From: an uncultured virus (IMG/VR IMGVR_UViG_3300029305_007860)
Taxonomy: Duplodnaviria; Heunggongvirae; Uroviricota; Caudoviricetes
Strand: one strand, 5' to 3'
Virus record (IMG/VR): IMGVR_UViG_3300029305_007860
Length of the DNA stretch: 55,307 nt
The notes below the pieces were generated by a model. It did no database searches. It saw only the letters and a list, made by a program, of their open reading frames with translations, and had not been told where the DNA came from. Shown in pieces: positions 9,295 to 19,063 of the stretch. The translations under genes and the position numbers were made by a program. The number at the start of each line of letters is the position of its first letter. The first letter of the stretch is position 1.

Positions 9295-9434
9295 CCAAAA
9301 ATGTATTCGAGATGGTATTTAGTAAGAGGAAATAATAAAAGTCAATATTTTAACAGTCTTGGCTTTTATTATTTTTGATTATTTAATTATAACAATATAA
9401 ATTTTAAAATTTTATTATATAATTTCTATTTTAC

Positions 9435-9463
9435 TTGATTTAATGTTCATTGAACATTATAAT
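9435..9463 (+). promoter_or_regulatory. sigmaA promoter with palindromic operator (copy 3 of 4)
   Basis: TTGATT-17-TATAAT with TGTTCATTGAACA. Confidence 0.8.
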
Positions 9464-9509
9464 ATAAATATAAACACATAATACTGTTAAAACAAGGAGG
9501 AATATATAC

Positions 9510-11156
9510 ATGTTTACAGATAATAAGGATTTCTACCCTACACCTACATCACTAATAGAGGAAATGATTTCTGACCTAAATTTATCAATGATTCATACTA
9601 TTCTTGAACCTTCTGCCGGAAAAGGAGATATAGTCAAAGCTATAAAGGAATACAAAACACCAGCATCTACTTCTATGTATTATAATAATAAATCTATACT
9701 AGATATTGATTGTATAGAAAAAGAGCAGAACCTAAGGCATATTTTGAAGGGAAACGGTTTTAGAGTAGTACACGACGATTTCTTATCTTATGACACCATG
9801 AAAGAGTATGATTTAATAATAATGAATCCTCCTTTTTCAAACGGGTGTAAACATTTGTTAAAAGCTATAGAAATGCAAAAGAGAAACGGAGGAGCAATAA
9901 TTTGTATTCTTAACGCAGAAACCCTTAAAAACCAGTGTAACAATGATAGAATTTTACTCTCCAGATTATTAAAAGAATATAATGCAGATATAAAATTTAT
10001 AAAGGATGCTTTCTTAGATGCAGAAAGAACTACCAGTGTAGAAATTGCCCTTATAAAAATTAAGCTTCCTGAAACCGAAAGACAATCCTTTATACTTGAT
10101 AATTTAAAAAAATCTTCTCCAACAAAGGAACACGACTACGAATACAGCAATACTCAGGTAGCAGAAAACGATTACTTTAAATCTATTGTTCATCAGTATA
10201 ATTTAGAGATACGAGCCGGTATAAAACTTATAAAAGAATATTACTCTATGGCTCCTTATATTATGACTTCTTTCGGAAGGGACAAAAACACAGGAGAAGT
10301 TATTCAGACTGGAGGTTGTATACTATCTTTAAAAATTGATAACTCCTCAGCTTCAATAAACGAATACATAAGAGAGGTAAGAGAAAAATATTGGAAAGCA
10401 TTATTTGAAAATCCTAAATTTATCGGAAAGCTTACTGATAATCTTAAACGCGATTATAACAATAAAATCACCGAATTAAGAGATTATGATTTTTCTCTTT
10501 ATAATATATACGAGTTAAAAATCGACATGCAACAGAAAGTTGTGAAGGGAATAGAGGATACCATTATTTCGTTATTTGACGAATTAAGCCACAAACATTA
10601 TTACTTTAATGAAACTTCCAATAATATCCATTATTACAACGGATGGAAAACAAACAAATCATGGATTGTCAACAAAAAAGTGATAATTCCTTTACAGGCT
10701 TATAAAGATTTGGAATTTTCATGGGGTGGTTTTAAACCAACTCACAGAAATGTTATTTCTAAATTAATGGATATAGAAAAATGTTTCAATTATCTCGATG
10801 GCGGTTTAACCGAATCTATTGATTTGACATCCATATTAAGCTCATGCGAGAAATCTGAAACAACAAAGAATATTCATTTAAAATATTTTAATGTAACATT
10901 TTATAAAAAAGGAACCTGTCACATTACTTTTACAAACGAGGAAGTACTTAAGAAATTTAACATCTTTGGTTCTCAGCATAAGGGCTGGCTCCCTCCTTCA
11001 TACGGTAAGAAACCTTATTCTGACATGTCTACTGAAGAAAAATTTGTAATTAATGAGTTCGAAGGAGAATCTGAATATAATAAGGTATTATTAAATAGAG
11101 ACTATTACTTATCACACTCAATTAACGAATATTTATTGGAAATAAAATCAGCATAA
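9510..11156 (+). CDS. N6-adenine DNA methyltransferase with DUF4942-like C-terminal domain
   Basis: FYPTP, LEPSAGKG (motif I), MNPPF (motif IV); GWKTN and YKKGTCH in the C-terminal part. Confidence 0.85.
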   Translation: MFTDNKDFYPTPTSLIEEMISDLNLSMIHTILEPSAGKGDIVKAIKEYKTPASTSMYYNNKSILDIDCIEKEQNLRHILKGNGFRVVHDDFLSYDTMKEYDLIIMNPPFSNGCKHLLKAIEMQKRNGGAIICILNAETLKNQCNNDRILLSRLLKEYNADIKFIKDAFLDAERTTSVEIALIKIKLPETERQSFILDNLKKSSPTKEHDYEYSNTQVAENDYFKSIVHQYNLEIRAGIKLIKEYYSMAPYIMTSFGRDKNTGEVIQTGGCILSLKIDNSSASINEYIREVREKYWKALFENPKFIGKLTDNLKRDYNNKITELRDYDFSLYNIYELKIDMQQKVVKGIEDTIISLFDELSHKHYYFNETSNNIHYYNGWKTNKSWIVNKKVIIPLQAYKDLEFSWGGFKPTHRNVISKLMDIEKCFNYLDGGLTESIDLTSILSSCEKSETTKNIHLKYFNVTFYKKGTCHITFTNEEVLKKFNIFGSQHKGWLPPSYGKKPYSDMSTEEKFVINEFEGESEYNKVLLNRDYYLSHSINEYLLEIKSA

Positions 11157-11272
11157 TATACTTAATTATATAATTATTTTAAATTATTTATTATATTTTC
11201 TATTTTAATTAACATTTTAGTTTAGATTTGATATAATAATTATACACTAGAAGTTCAATATATTTTGTTTAT

Positions 11273-11321
11273 AAGTGTAAATTTCAGAATCCCCTATACT
11301 TTTGTATAGGGGGAGTTATCA
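11273..11321 (+). mobile_element. Possible miniature IS200/IS605-type end of a second family
   Basis: TTAT upstream; GAAT then CCCCTATAC-TTTT-GTATAGGGG then GAGTTATCA. Confidence 0.4.
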
Positions 11322-11337
11322 GTGCAAAGGAGATAAT

Positions 11338-11481
11338 ATGGGTTTTAGATTATATGATTATTTAAAAACACTTTCTATAGAAGAACTTTCACTATTATTA
11401 GTTGTTTCGGTTGGTATACTTATATTAATTGGAGTTGTTTTTTTCATTGTGAAATTTACTAAAAATAAAAGACGGAAATAG
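11338..11481 (+). CDS. Small membrane peptide (47 aa)
   Basis: RBS AAGGAG; single TM helix and basic tail; below ORF-track cutoff. Confidence 0.6.
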   Translation: MGFRLYDYLKTLSIEELSLLLVVSVGILILIGVVFFIVKFTKNKRRK

Positions 11482-11494
11482 AAAAGGTGGAAAA

Positions 11495-11755
11495 ATGAAA
11501 GATTTAAAGAAGGTACATATAGAGAAGAATAAATGTAAAGAGTATAACTTAAGAGAATTTGCTTTTCATATGAAAAACAGAAAAACTAATGAAGAAAAAA
11601 TTAAAAAGGTAAAGAGTACGGATTCAATAAAGGCACATTGTAGGGATGTTAAATATGGAACCGATTGGATTTGGATAGGCACAGAACCTTTTAAAAATAT
11701 CGAAGATAAAGTATATCATGTAGGCATAGGATATTATAAGTATAAAGAAGAATAA
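11495..11755 (+). CDS. Hypothetical protein
   Basis: RBS AAGGTGG. Confidence 0.6.
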   Translation: MKDLKKVHIEKNKCKEYNLREFAFHMKNRKTNEEKIKKVKSTDSIKAHCRDVKYGTDWIWIGTEPFKNIEDKVYHVGIGYYKYKEE

Positions 11756-12001
11756 GAAACTATTGGTGGCTTTGTTCGAGCTGATGGAACGTTTGATGTG
11801 TGTGGTAGAAAATTTAGCAGTAGTTCTGTAAATGTTCATGGTTCAAAGGAATATATAAATCATATAAATTTTTCAAACAACATGGGGAAATAGGAATATG
11901 TAGAGAAGATTTTGGGAAAACAGTATTTTAAAATATGGAAGAAGCAGAAATAAAATTGAAAGAACTTAAAGAGTAAAATTAGGATTTAAAGGAGTGAGAT
12001 T

Positions 12002-12268
12002 ATGAATTTATTAGGCAGAATAGCAAATTATTTTAAGGAATGGGATGGAGATGATAAAACAGCTCCCAAAATGGAATTAAGCATACATGATTTGCGTTAC
12101 ATTGCAGATATGAATGTAGAGCGTTGCAGATTGATAAGGCAATTAGACCATAAGAATGTTGAACTTATTGCTATGAAACATCTTTTAGAAAAATCAGCAG
12201 AGGAGATAGAAAATGTTTATGGCAAGGAAACAGACTTATCAAAAGAGATTAGAGATGTATTGAGTTAG
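12002..12268 (+). CDS. Hypothetical phage-like protein
   Basis: RBS AAGGAG. Confidence 0.7.
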   Translation: MNLLGRIANYFKEWDGDDKTAPKMELSIHDLRYIADMNVERCRLIRQLDHKNVELIAMKHLLEKSAEEIENVYGKETDLSKEIRDVLS

Positions 12269-12297
12269 CTAAATTAGGATTTAGTGGAGGAAAACAT

Positions 12298-12597
12298 ATG
12301 GATAATGTCATAAAGGATTTAATGTTCATTAAAGAAAAATTATACAATGGAATTTTTAAAGAAAAGGTACATTGTATTGATAAGGCTATAAAATTTATTA
12401 AAGGAAATGATTGGATTCCTTGTACAGTAGTAGACCATCCTGAGCACTGTAATGACTGTGAAGTTACTATAATAGATAAAAGTGGTGTGATAAGAGAAAT
12501 TGCATATTACACTGATAGGTGGAGACTCACATCAAACGATATACCAGTCATTGTTATTGCTTGGAAAGAACCATCATTACCTTATGATGATATTTAA
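12298..12597 (+). CDS. Hypothetical phage-like protein (DUF551-like C-terminus)
   Basis: WIPC...VIAWKEP..PY pattern; RBS GGAGG. Confidence 0.65.
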   Translation: MDNVIKDLMFIKEKLYNGIFKEKVHCIDKAIKFIKGNDWIPCTVVDHPEHCNDCEVTIIDKSGVIREIAYYTDRWRLTSNDIPVIVIAWKEPSLPYDDI

Positions 12598-12640
12598 TAG
12601 ATAAATTAGGATTTAATGCAATAAGCAAGAAAGGGGAATT

Positions 12641-13000
12641 ATGACAAGAAAAGCAACATTATTACCAATAAAAGAAAAAGAGGTTGAATGGATAAGATAC
12701 ACAGGAGATAACTTCAACCAAATAGAACAATTTATCAATAGGAAAAAGACAAAATTTTCACAGAAAGAGAAGTTTTATATTTCTGTAGATGATAAAGAAA
12801 TTTATTGGAAAGAACATGGTTATATCAGAGTTGGAGATTTTGTTGTTTTTGGTATGGATAGATATAAGTTTGCCAGTTTTGATGGTTGGGCAGTTATTTC
12901 TTGGAAAGAATTTCCTAGAATGATTAAAGAGAAAGTTCCTGTATATTTAGATGAATACACTGAATGGGAAAAGAATAATAGTAATGATGAACAAATGTAA
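12641..13000 (+). CDS. Hypothetical phage-like protein
   Basis: RBS AAGGGG; YTGDN and VGDFVV motifs. Confidence 0.65.
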   Translation: MTRKATLLPIKEKEVEWIRYTGDNFNQIEQFINRKKTKFSQKEKFYISVDDKEIYWKEHGYIRVGDFVVFGMDRYKFASFDGWAVISWKEFPRMIKEKVPVYLDEYTEWEKNNSNDEQM

Positions 13001-13111
13001 TAATAAGTTGATGTTGGTTAAATCAGGAGATGAAATGATTTTACAATTTGATTATTGTCCTATGTGTGGTAAGGAAATAGAACGATAAATTGAAATTTAA
13101 GGAGTGATTAT

Positions 13112-15220
13112 ATGACATTACAGGAAAAATTAGACTTATGGGTACAAATTACCAGTGTTAATCCATTAGAAGATAAGAAAAAATATACTATACATCTAGA
13201 TGGAAGATTATCGGATTATGATATAAAGAAAATGAATGACAGAATTACCGAAACCTTGCAGGATGATGAAACCGGTATGTTTGCGGAGGCATATCTGTCT
13301 TCTTATTTAAAACAGTTTCTTGAGCAAAAGAAACTTTCTTTATTAGAACTCGTTAATAATAAGGAACTTTCAGCATTTGTTGATGATGTGAAAAGACTTC
13401 ATGATTCTCTTATAGACACAGATGCAGATTCTATTATTTTGAATGAAGCAAAAAAAGCGATGAATTTTTATGGACTCCCTTGTGATAGCTTAAATACCAT
13501 TGATGTAATAGAGCTTCGTACATCAGCTTTGAGATGCATAAATGGAAAACTTCAATTATTACAGTTTTCATCAGGTAATAAAAAAGCTGATTCTTTTAAA
13601 TTATCAAAGGATATTTATATGTTTGATAATTTAGACTCACTTATATTGTGTTCTGCGAAAGGGAATCTTAATGGTGTTACTCTTGGTTATATCAGGGATA
13701 AAGAAGAACTTACAGCAAGCTTCTTTGCATTTATTATAAAAAATGGAGATAATTTATATCTTCTTACTGATATGCCTAAGTATGCTCATCCAGTACAAAA
13801 AGGAATGATAAGATGTCCGGGTAGAGATATGAGTAACCGTATTAATTCTAATTGGTTTCCTTATGATACAGTGGCTAATATCGACATAGGCGACTTGTGG
13901 GGTAGTGGAAGATATGGAACCAAAGAGACCAAAGACGGATTATCTACGGTTATAAATGAAAGTAGCCCATATGCAGTTATAGGTAACATTGAAAGTCTTA
14001 GTCAATGTGAAGCTTTTTGGTTTGTGATGATGGCATCACTTATTAAAAAGAAGTTTTATGAGGAAAATTTACCAATGTTACCTATATCATACACAAGAAG
14101 TATGATTACTTCAATAATGCTTGAAAAGACCGAAAATGCCTTAATTGTACAAAATTCATTACCAAGTTTTGAATTGAAGGAAGTTGAAGATATTAAGGAA
14201 ACTCAGGATTTAGAGTATGAAATAAAAAATGAAGAGTATATAGGAATGTATGATTATCTGGCAGAAAGGTATGCGGATAAGGTAGATAAATCAATTCTTA
14301 ATGTTATATCTAATACAGATAAATCTAAACTTATAGAAGATACATACTATAAAAAATCATTTGGAAAGAAAGAATGTTACATGCGTTCTCTTGACCTTGA
14401 TAATCAGGCTGGAACTAAGGAACAGATTGAATATAACTTAAAATGGATAGCAAGATATAACTATGCAAACGCCATCAGAGAAGAAATGGAGAAAGATGTT
14501 GAAGAAAAAACACCTATGCTTTATGACACAATTAAAGGGTATATTACTCCACGTTTAGAGGATATCATTAAGATGCATCTTAATAATGAGCTTGTGGGAT
14601 ATAAAACCAAATCTCATTATTTTGAAAATATTCTTATTGATGAAAAAACTCCAATTAGTAAAACTCTTGAATTTAATAAGTGGTACGATAATTATACTAG
14701 ATACAGATATGGATATGGTATACCAAGAAATGCAAATAAAGCAGATATGAAATGTCATTTCACTGGAAAATCGGCAGGAGTTGTAATAACGGTCAAACCA
14801 CGAACTGCTGAAGAATTAGCTCTTGTATGTGGTATATCTATTGAAGAACTTCCCGAAGAGTTGCAGTGTTATGATAGAAAGACTCGTAAATACACAGGAA
14901 ATAGTATTTTAAATAATATCGACCCATTTTTATCTATTCTTGAAGATGAATTTAATACTTTAGATTTTGATATTGTTATTATTCTGTCAAAAAAGAAGTA
15001 TCTTGAGTTTTGTACGCTTGCAGGTGTTGAGGCTGTGAAGTTTTGGCAGAACGAACATCCAATATGTCATACTTCTTCTAAGTCAGATAGAAAAAAGGAT
15101 AAATGTAATGGAATTTATAAAAGAAGGTGGAAGAACGGTCATTATGTTACTGATTTAGCTGAAAAGTGTAAAAAGTGTAAGTGGTACAATGAAAATATAA
15201 CATCAGAAGATGAAAAATAA
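13112..15220 (+). CDS. Large hypothetical protein (702 aa)
   Basis: RBS AAGGAG; Cys-rich C-terminus; no recognised family. Confidence 0.8.
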   Translation: MTLQEKLDLWVQITSVNPLEDKKKYTIHLDGRLSDYDIKKMNDRITETLQDDETGMFAEAYLSSYLKQFLEQKKLSLLELVNNKELSAFVDDVKRLHDSLIDTDADSIILNEAKKAMNFYGLPCDSLNTIDVIELRTSALRCINGKLQLLQFSSGNKKADSFKLSKDIYMFDNLDSLILCSAKGNLNGVTLGYIRDKEELTASFFAFIIKNGDNLYLLTDMPKYAHPVQKGMIRCPGRDMSNRINSNWFPYDTVANIDIGDLWGSGRYGTKETKDGLSTVINESSPYAVIGNIESLSQCEAFWFVMMASLIKKKFYEENLPMLPISYTRSMITSIMLEKTENALIVQNSLPSFELKEVEDIKETQDLEYEIKNEEYIGMYDYLAERYADKVDKSILNVISNTDKSKLIEDTYYKKSFGKKECYMRSLDLDNQAGTKEQIEYNLKWIARYNYANAIREEMEKDVEEKTPMLYDTIKGYITPRLEDIIKMHLNNELVGYKTKSHYFENILIDEKTPISKTLEFNKWYDNYTRYRYGYGIPRNANKADMKCHFTGKSAGVVITVKPRTAEELALVCGISIEELPEELQCYDRKTRKYTGNSILNNIDPFLSILEDEFNTLDFDIVIILSKKKYLEFCTLAGVEAVKFWQNEHPICHTSSKSDRKKDKCNGIYKRRWKNGHYVTDLAEKCKKCKWYNENITSEDEK

Positions 15221-15417
15221 ACTATATACAGGTATTCGTTTTTAGGAGAAAGTGTTTTTACAGATAAGGAAATCAGTACACTTAAAGAAGATAAACCAAC
15301 AATATAATATCTCATATTATGATATATTATAAAAAAGACAGGTACGCAAAGCTTATCTTTTTTTATTATATTAAATTAATAAAATATATTAATTTATTAT
15401 CAAATAATCTATTTTTA

Positions 15418-15446
15418 TTGACGTTGTGTTCATTGAACATTATAAT
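15418..15446 (+). promoter_or_regulatory. sigmaA promoter with palindromic operator (copy 4 of 4)
   Basis: TTGACG-17-TATAAT with TGTTCATTGAACA. Confidence 0.8.
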
Positions 15447-15488
15447 ATAATTATAATAACAAATAGTCGCTTATGGAGATTACCAGAT

Positions 15489-15782
15489 ATGAAAGAATAT
15501 AACTATAAAGGATTTGACGAACCTATAAAAGTTGACGATAACGGAAACATAACATATAGAGGACATAAAGTGGAAAAGTATTTTCATGGCTATAAAGCCG
15601 TAGGAATGGGAAACGGATTTTCTTACAAACAATTAGCAAAAGCACACTATATAACAGAGATGCAAAGAATTGATGAAGAAATTAAAAGAGAAGAATATAG
15701 AAAAATACATCAAGAAGAATTTAAAAATTTGGAAACGGCAGAAGAAAGTTTACAATATTTCTTTGATATGATAAGTCAATAA
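15489..15782 (+). CDS. Hypothetical protein
   Basis: RBS GGAG before ATG 15489; track start 15426 lies inside the promoter. Confidence 0.7.
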   Translation: MKEYNYKGFDEPIKVDDNGNITYRGHKVEKYFHGYKAVGMGNGFSYKQLAKAHYITEMQRIDEEIKREEYRKIHQEEFKNLETAEESLQYFFDMISQ

Positions 15783-15810
15783 AACTACTGATTTTTATGG
15801 AGGAATTGAT

Positions 15811-16044
15811 ATGGACAAAGAGTTAAATGAATTATTAGAGCAGAAGAACAAAGAACGCAAGGTTGATTTAGGTTTAAATTGTAATTGTGACGGATGCGAA
15901 AATGGCGAATTTGAAATCGTGGACATTTATAATGCTAATAAATCGGGACTTTCAGAAGATTTTATAATTGTGTATCACGGTACAAATAAAGACGAGGCTA
16001 TGGTTGCAATTATGAGGTATGCAAGAGGAGCGGAAGAGCGTTAA
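15811..16044 (+). CDS. Hypothetical protein
   Basis: RBS GGAGG. Confidence 0.65.
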   Translation: MDKELNELLEQKNKERKVDLGLNCNCDGCENGEFEIVDIYNANKSGLSEDFIIVYHGTNKDEAMVAIMRYARGAEER

Positions 16045-16101
16045 TAAAACTACAGCTCTACTTTTTCTATTCATTTAGGATGTCAACGAAGGAGAATAAT
16101 A

Positions 16102-16377
16102 ATGGATTTAGAAAACATGATGCTATTAATAGAAGTTATAGACGAATTAGAAAAACTCGATAACGCAGTACGTGTATTTAATGATGCCGGTTACTCCGAT
16201 TGTTTTGATAACCTGAATCATGTGTATTCCGTTATAAAAAATTATTCTATCTTTAAGGGCTGTGATAGCGATAAAGACGAAGAAGCATATGATGAGATTT
16301 TAAAGAATGTTTCTATTCCGGCAGAAGATAGAGCTAGGATATTGCTAGGATTAGATTCTCACAATTTAAAACAATAG
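16102..16377 (+). CDS. Hypothetical protein
   Basis: RBS AAGGAG. Confidence 0.7.
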   Translation: MDLENMMLLIEVIDELEKLDNAVRVFNDAGYSDCFDNLNHVYSVIKNYSIFKGCDSDKDEEAYDEILKNVSIPAEDRARILLGLDSHNLKQ

Positions 16378-16452
16378 ATATATTATATTTAAAAATATAA
16401 AAATATTAATTCTTTATGAAAATTTAAAAATCAACAAGGAGAGTAATTACTT

Positions 16453-16635
16453 ATGGAAATTAAAGAAATTAGAGCCAAAACCGGATTATCCCAAGCTGAA
16501 TTTTCAAAAAAATACAACATACCCCTTGATACACTCAGAGGTTGGGAATCGAACCCGGGTAGTACGAGGTATCGCCAATGTCCTTCTTATGTTATTTCCT
16601 TATTACACCGTGTAGTAAGTTCTGATTATGAGTAA
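16453..16635 (+). CDS. XRE-family helix-turn-helix regulator
   Basis: IRAKTGLSQAEFSKKYNIPLDTLRGWE. Confidence 0.85.
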   Translation: MEIKEIRAKTGLSQAEFSKKYNIPLDTLRGWESNPGSTRYRQCPSYVISLLHRVVSSDYE

Positions 16636-16787
16636 CTAATTCATATATAAAATATAAATAATAGTTTTAAAGGAAAAGAGAGGTATATATTTTGAAAATC
16701 AAATTATCAGTAACAAGTAATAACTACGAATTATTAAATCTGGATGAAAGCACGATTCAATAACTAAAAGTGAGGTGAAAACACATA

Positions 16788-17060
16788 ATGAAAAAGAAAA
16801 TATTGGGAATTATTTTAGTAATGACAATGATGTTTGGATTAACAGCATGCGGTAGTGATTCAAATGTTATTAATATCAATGAAGTTGTCACATCACCCAA
16901 CTCAAAGTTAGTAGATTTTGAAATTGTAGAGAATAACTACTATGACACTATTTTAGTAGATAAAAATACCAATGTTATGTATTACTGGATTACTTGTAGT
17001 AGCGGTGGTCTTACACCAATCTATAACGAAGATGGTACTTTAAAACTATATGAAGAATAG
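16788..17060 (+). CDS. Small lipoprotein (DUF6440-like)
   Basis: Lipobox LTAC; ILVDKNTNVMY...GGLTPIYNEDG. Confidence 0.75.
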   Translation: MKKKILGIILVMTMMFGLTACGSDSNVININEVVTSPNSKLVDFEIVENNYYDTILVDKNTNVMYYWITCSSGGLTPIYNEDGTLKLYEE

Positions 17061-17078
17061 TATTGAAAGATTCGTTTC

Positions 17079-17999
17079 ATGACCAAAATTTATACGAAAG
17101 GAGAGATAATTATAGAGAAGTTTAAAGTAATTGACTGTGAAAACTATGTTTACATAGCAAGAGAGGATAGATATTGTTCAGGAATGGGCAATTATTTATT
17201 CGATAGACAAGCAGCGGAAACCACAAACAAGGATAAGTGGTACAGATTGAACAAGATTCCAACAGAAGTTTTGGAGAAGAAACCTGATGAGAGAATCAAT
17301 AAGAGATATGAATTAAAAGCAGGTTATCAACCAACAGAACTTATGCCAAGTGTAATCACTATGGATATGTATGAGTCTGAAGAGTATGAAGATGTGATGG
17401 GATTATACACATTGAAATACGATACAAAAGAGGGTGGTTATGAACCAATCGAATTCTCAATTTCTACTATATATAAGAGAAAAGATTTTGAGTTTGTACC
17501 AAATAAGTATAGTGCAGAAACAGATTTGCTTACACAGATTGAATATCCTGAAGTTGCTCATCAAGATTTTCCTTGTAAATTAACTTCTGACCAGATGTAT
17601 TCAATCATCAGAAACCATGTAAAGAGCAATATCAATACAAAATATGCACAAGTAAAATCAGACTACGATTTCCATTTTGAAGTTGTTCGTCAAATTGGAT
17701 TAGCAGAACCATATACTACACAGGTGGATACAAATGGCTCGCTGTTTAATAAGAGAAGAAAACCTAAGTGGGTAACAAGAACTATTTCTACCAAAGAGGT
17801 TACAATCTTAAACCTTAAAAGAAAGTCGAGTGACACAGACTATGGAAAAGATTGTCATTTAGCTCCTAGCATTATCGGCGAAAATTATGCTGATTTGTCA
17901 GAGAAAGTAGAGAAGTATCTTGAAGAACTGATGACAAGTATCAATAAAAATTATTGTGAATGTCCTAACTGCAAAGGTTGGGGAGTTGTGGAGGTATAA
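17079..17999 (+). CDS. Hypothetical phage-like protein with C-terminal CxxCxGxG
   Basis: 306 aa; CPNCKGWG. Confidence 0.75.
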   Translation: MTKIYTKGEIIIEKFKVIDCENYVYIAREDRYCSGMGNYLFDRQAAETTNKDKWYRLNKIPTEVLEKKPDERINKRYELKAGYQPTELMPSVITMDMYESEEYEDVMGLYTLKYDTKEGGYEPIEFSISTIYKRKDFEFVPNKYSAETDLLTQIEYPEVAHQDFPCKLTSDQMYSIIRNHVKSNINTKYAQVKSDYDFHFEVVRQIGLAEPYTTQVDTNGSLFNKRRKPKWVTRTISTKEVTILNLKRKSSDTDYGKDCHLAPSIIGENYADLSEKVEKYLEELMTSINKNYCECPNCKGWGVVEV

Positions 18000-18000
18000 C

Positions 18001-18273
18001 ATGACAGTTAAATTTAGTAAGGATTATTTGAAAAACGAATTACTTTTACCATATGAAAATGCAATTGTAGATAACATTATTGACACTACAAGATGGTCTA
18101 TTGTACATGAGATTGTGTTTGCCGATAAAGGCAAGTTTTATATGACTACATATTCTGAAGGTGCTACTGAATGTCAGGACGAAAGACCTTGGGAATATGA
18201 TGATGAGGTCGAATGTACAGAGGTTGAGTTAAGAGAAGTAAAAGTTAAGAAGTGGATGCCTGTTGAAGAATAA
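18001..18273 (+). CDS. Hypothetical phage-like protein
   Basis: RBS GGAGG before ATG 18001; RWS and GATECQ motifs. Confidence 0.7.
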   Translation: MTVKFSKDYLKNELLLPYENAIVDNIIDTTRWSIVHEIVFADKGKFYMTTYSEGATECQDERPWEYDDEVECTEVELREVKVKKWMPVEE

Positions 18274-18279
18274 AAAAGC

Positions 18280-18326
18280 ATACTATATATAGTGTTTGCG
18301 AAACAAAATAAAACAATATATAGTCG
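18280..18326. promoter_or_regulatory. Tandem NrdR-box-like sites
   Basis: ATACTATATATAGTGT (18280) and AAACAATATATAGTCG (18311), 31 bp apart, match acaCwAtATaTwGtgt. Confidence 0.6.
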
Positions 18327-18352
18327 AGAAATGGTGATAGAACATTGATTTC

Positions 18353-18616
18353 ATGGTGATAAGAAAGGAGAAGAGAAATGTTGGAATCAAATATGTTAAA
18401 GGTGAAAATTGGGAAGGACTTTACATTAATAATAATCTGAGAAGGAGTGGTTATATGCTACCAGTACAGTTTGTATATACAGAAAACGGAGAACGAAAGT
18501 CATCTTTAGATGAACATAAAAGACGAGTGGAAATTTTAGAACACAATAAAAGATTAAATGAACGGTATCCTGTTTATGTTAATAGTGAAAAGAAATCAGA
18601 TAAAAAAATAATATAG
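18353..18616 (+). CDS. Hypothetical protein, possibly degenerate
   Basis: ORF track; the RBS at ~18364 points to an out-of-frame ATG. Confidence 0.35.
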   Translation: MVIRKEKRNVGIKYVKGENWEGLYINNNLRRSGYMLPVQFVYTENGERKSSLDEHKRRVEILEHNKRLNERYPVYVNSEKKSDKKII

Positions 18617-18985
18617 AAATTACAATGAATAAGGTAACAAATTTAACAGATGATATGTACAATGAAATTGCAAAGGAGCTTTTGATTAAGGAGCTTCATA
18701 GGTTGCATCCAGCCACTGTCAAATTTGATGATGATACTGGAGAGAGAATAAAATAAGATAGCAGGTATATGTCCAAGAAGATAAAGAAAAATAGGTTTAG
18801 TTTATAGTATTCGTAATAATATTGAGAAACGAGATGATAAAATTTTTCAAGGAACAGAGTTAGAAGAAACAGCCGAACGCATAATATAATATGTAATATT
18901 ATATTATATTATTATATATTATATAATATTATTAAATATATTAATATTGATTTGTAAAAGAGGTTTAAAAACCTCTTTTTTATTG

Positions 18986-19038
18986 TCGTTTTACTATTAC
19001 GTAATATTTAACTAACCAACAGGGAAAAGGTAATCCCT
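18986..19038 (+). promoter_or_regulatory. CGTTTTACTA element plus leader hairpin
   Basis: TCGTTTTACTATTACGTA; AACCA; AGGGA-AAAGGTAA-TCCCT. Confidence 0.8.
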
Positions 19039-19063
19039 ATATAATTTTAAAGGAGGTATTTTT

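Noticed and set aside
9510..11156. Complete restriction-modification system
   Set aside because: No adjacent restriction or specificity subunit recognised; treated as an orphan methyltransferase
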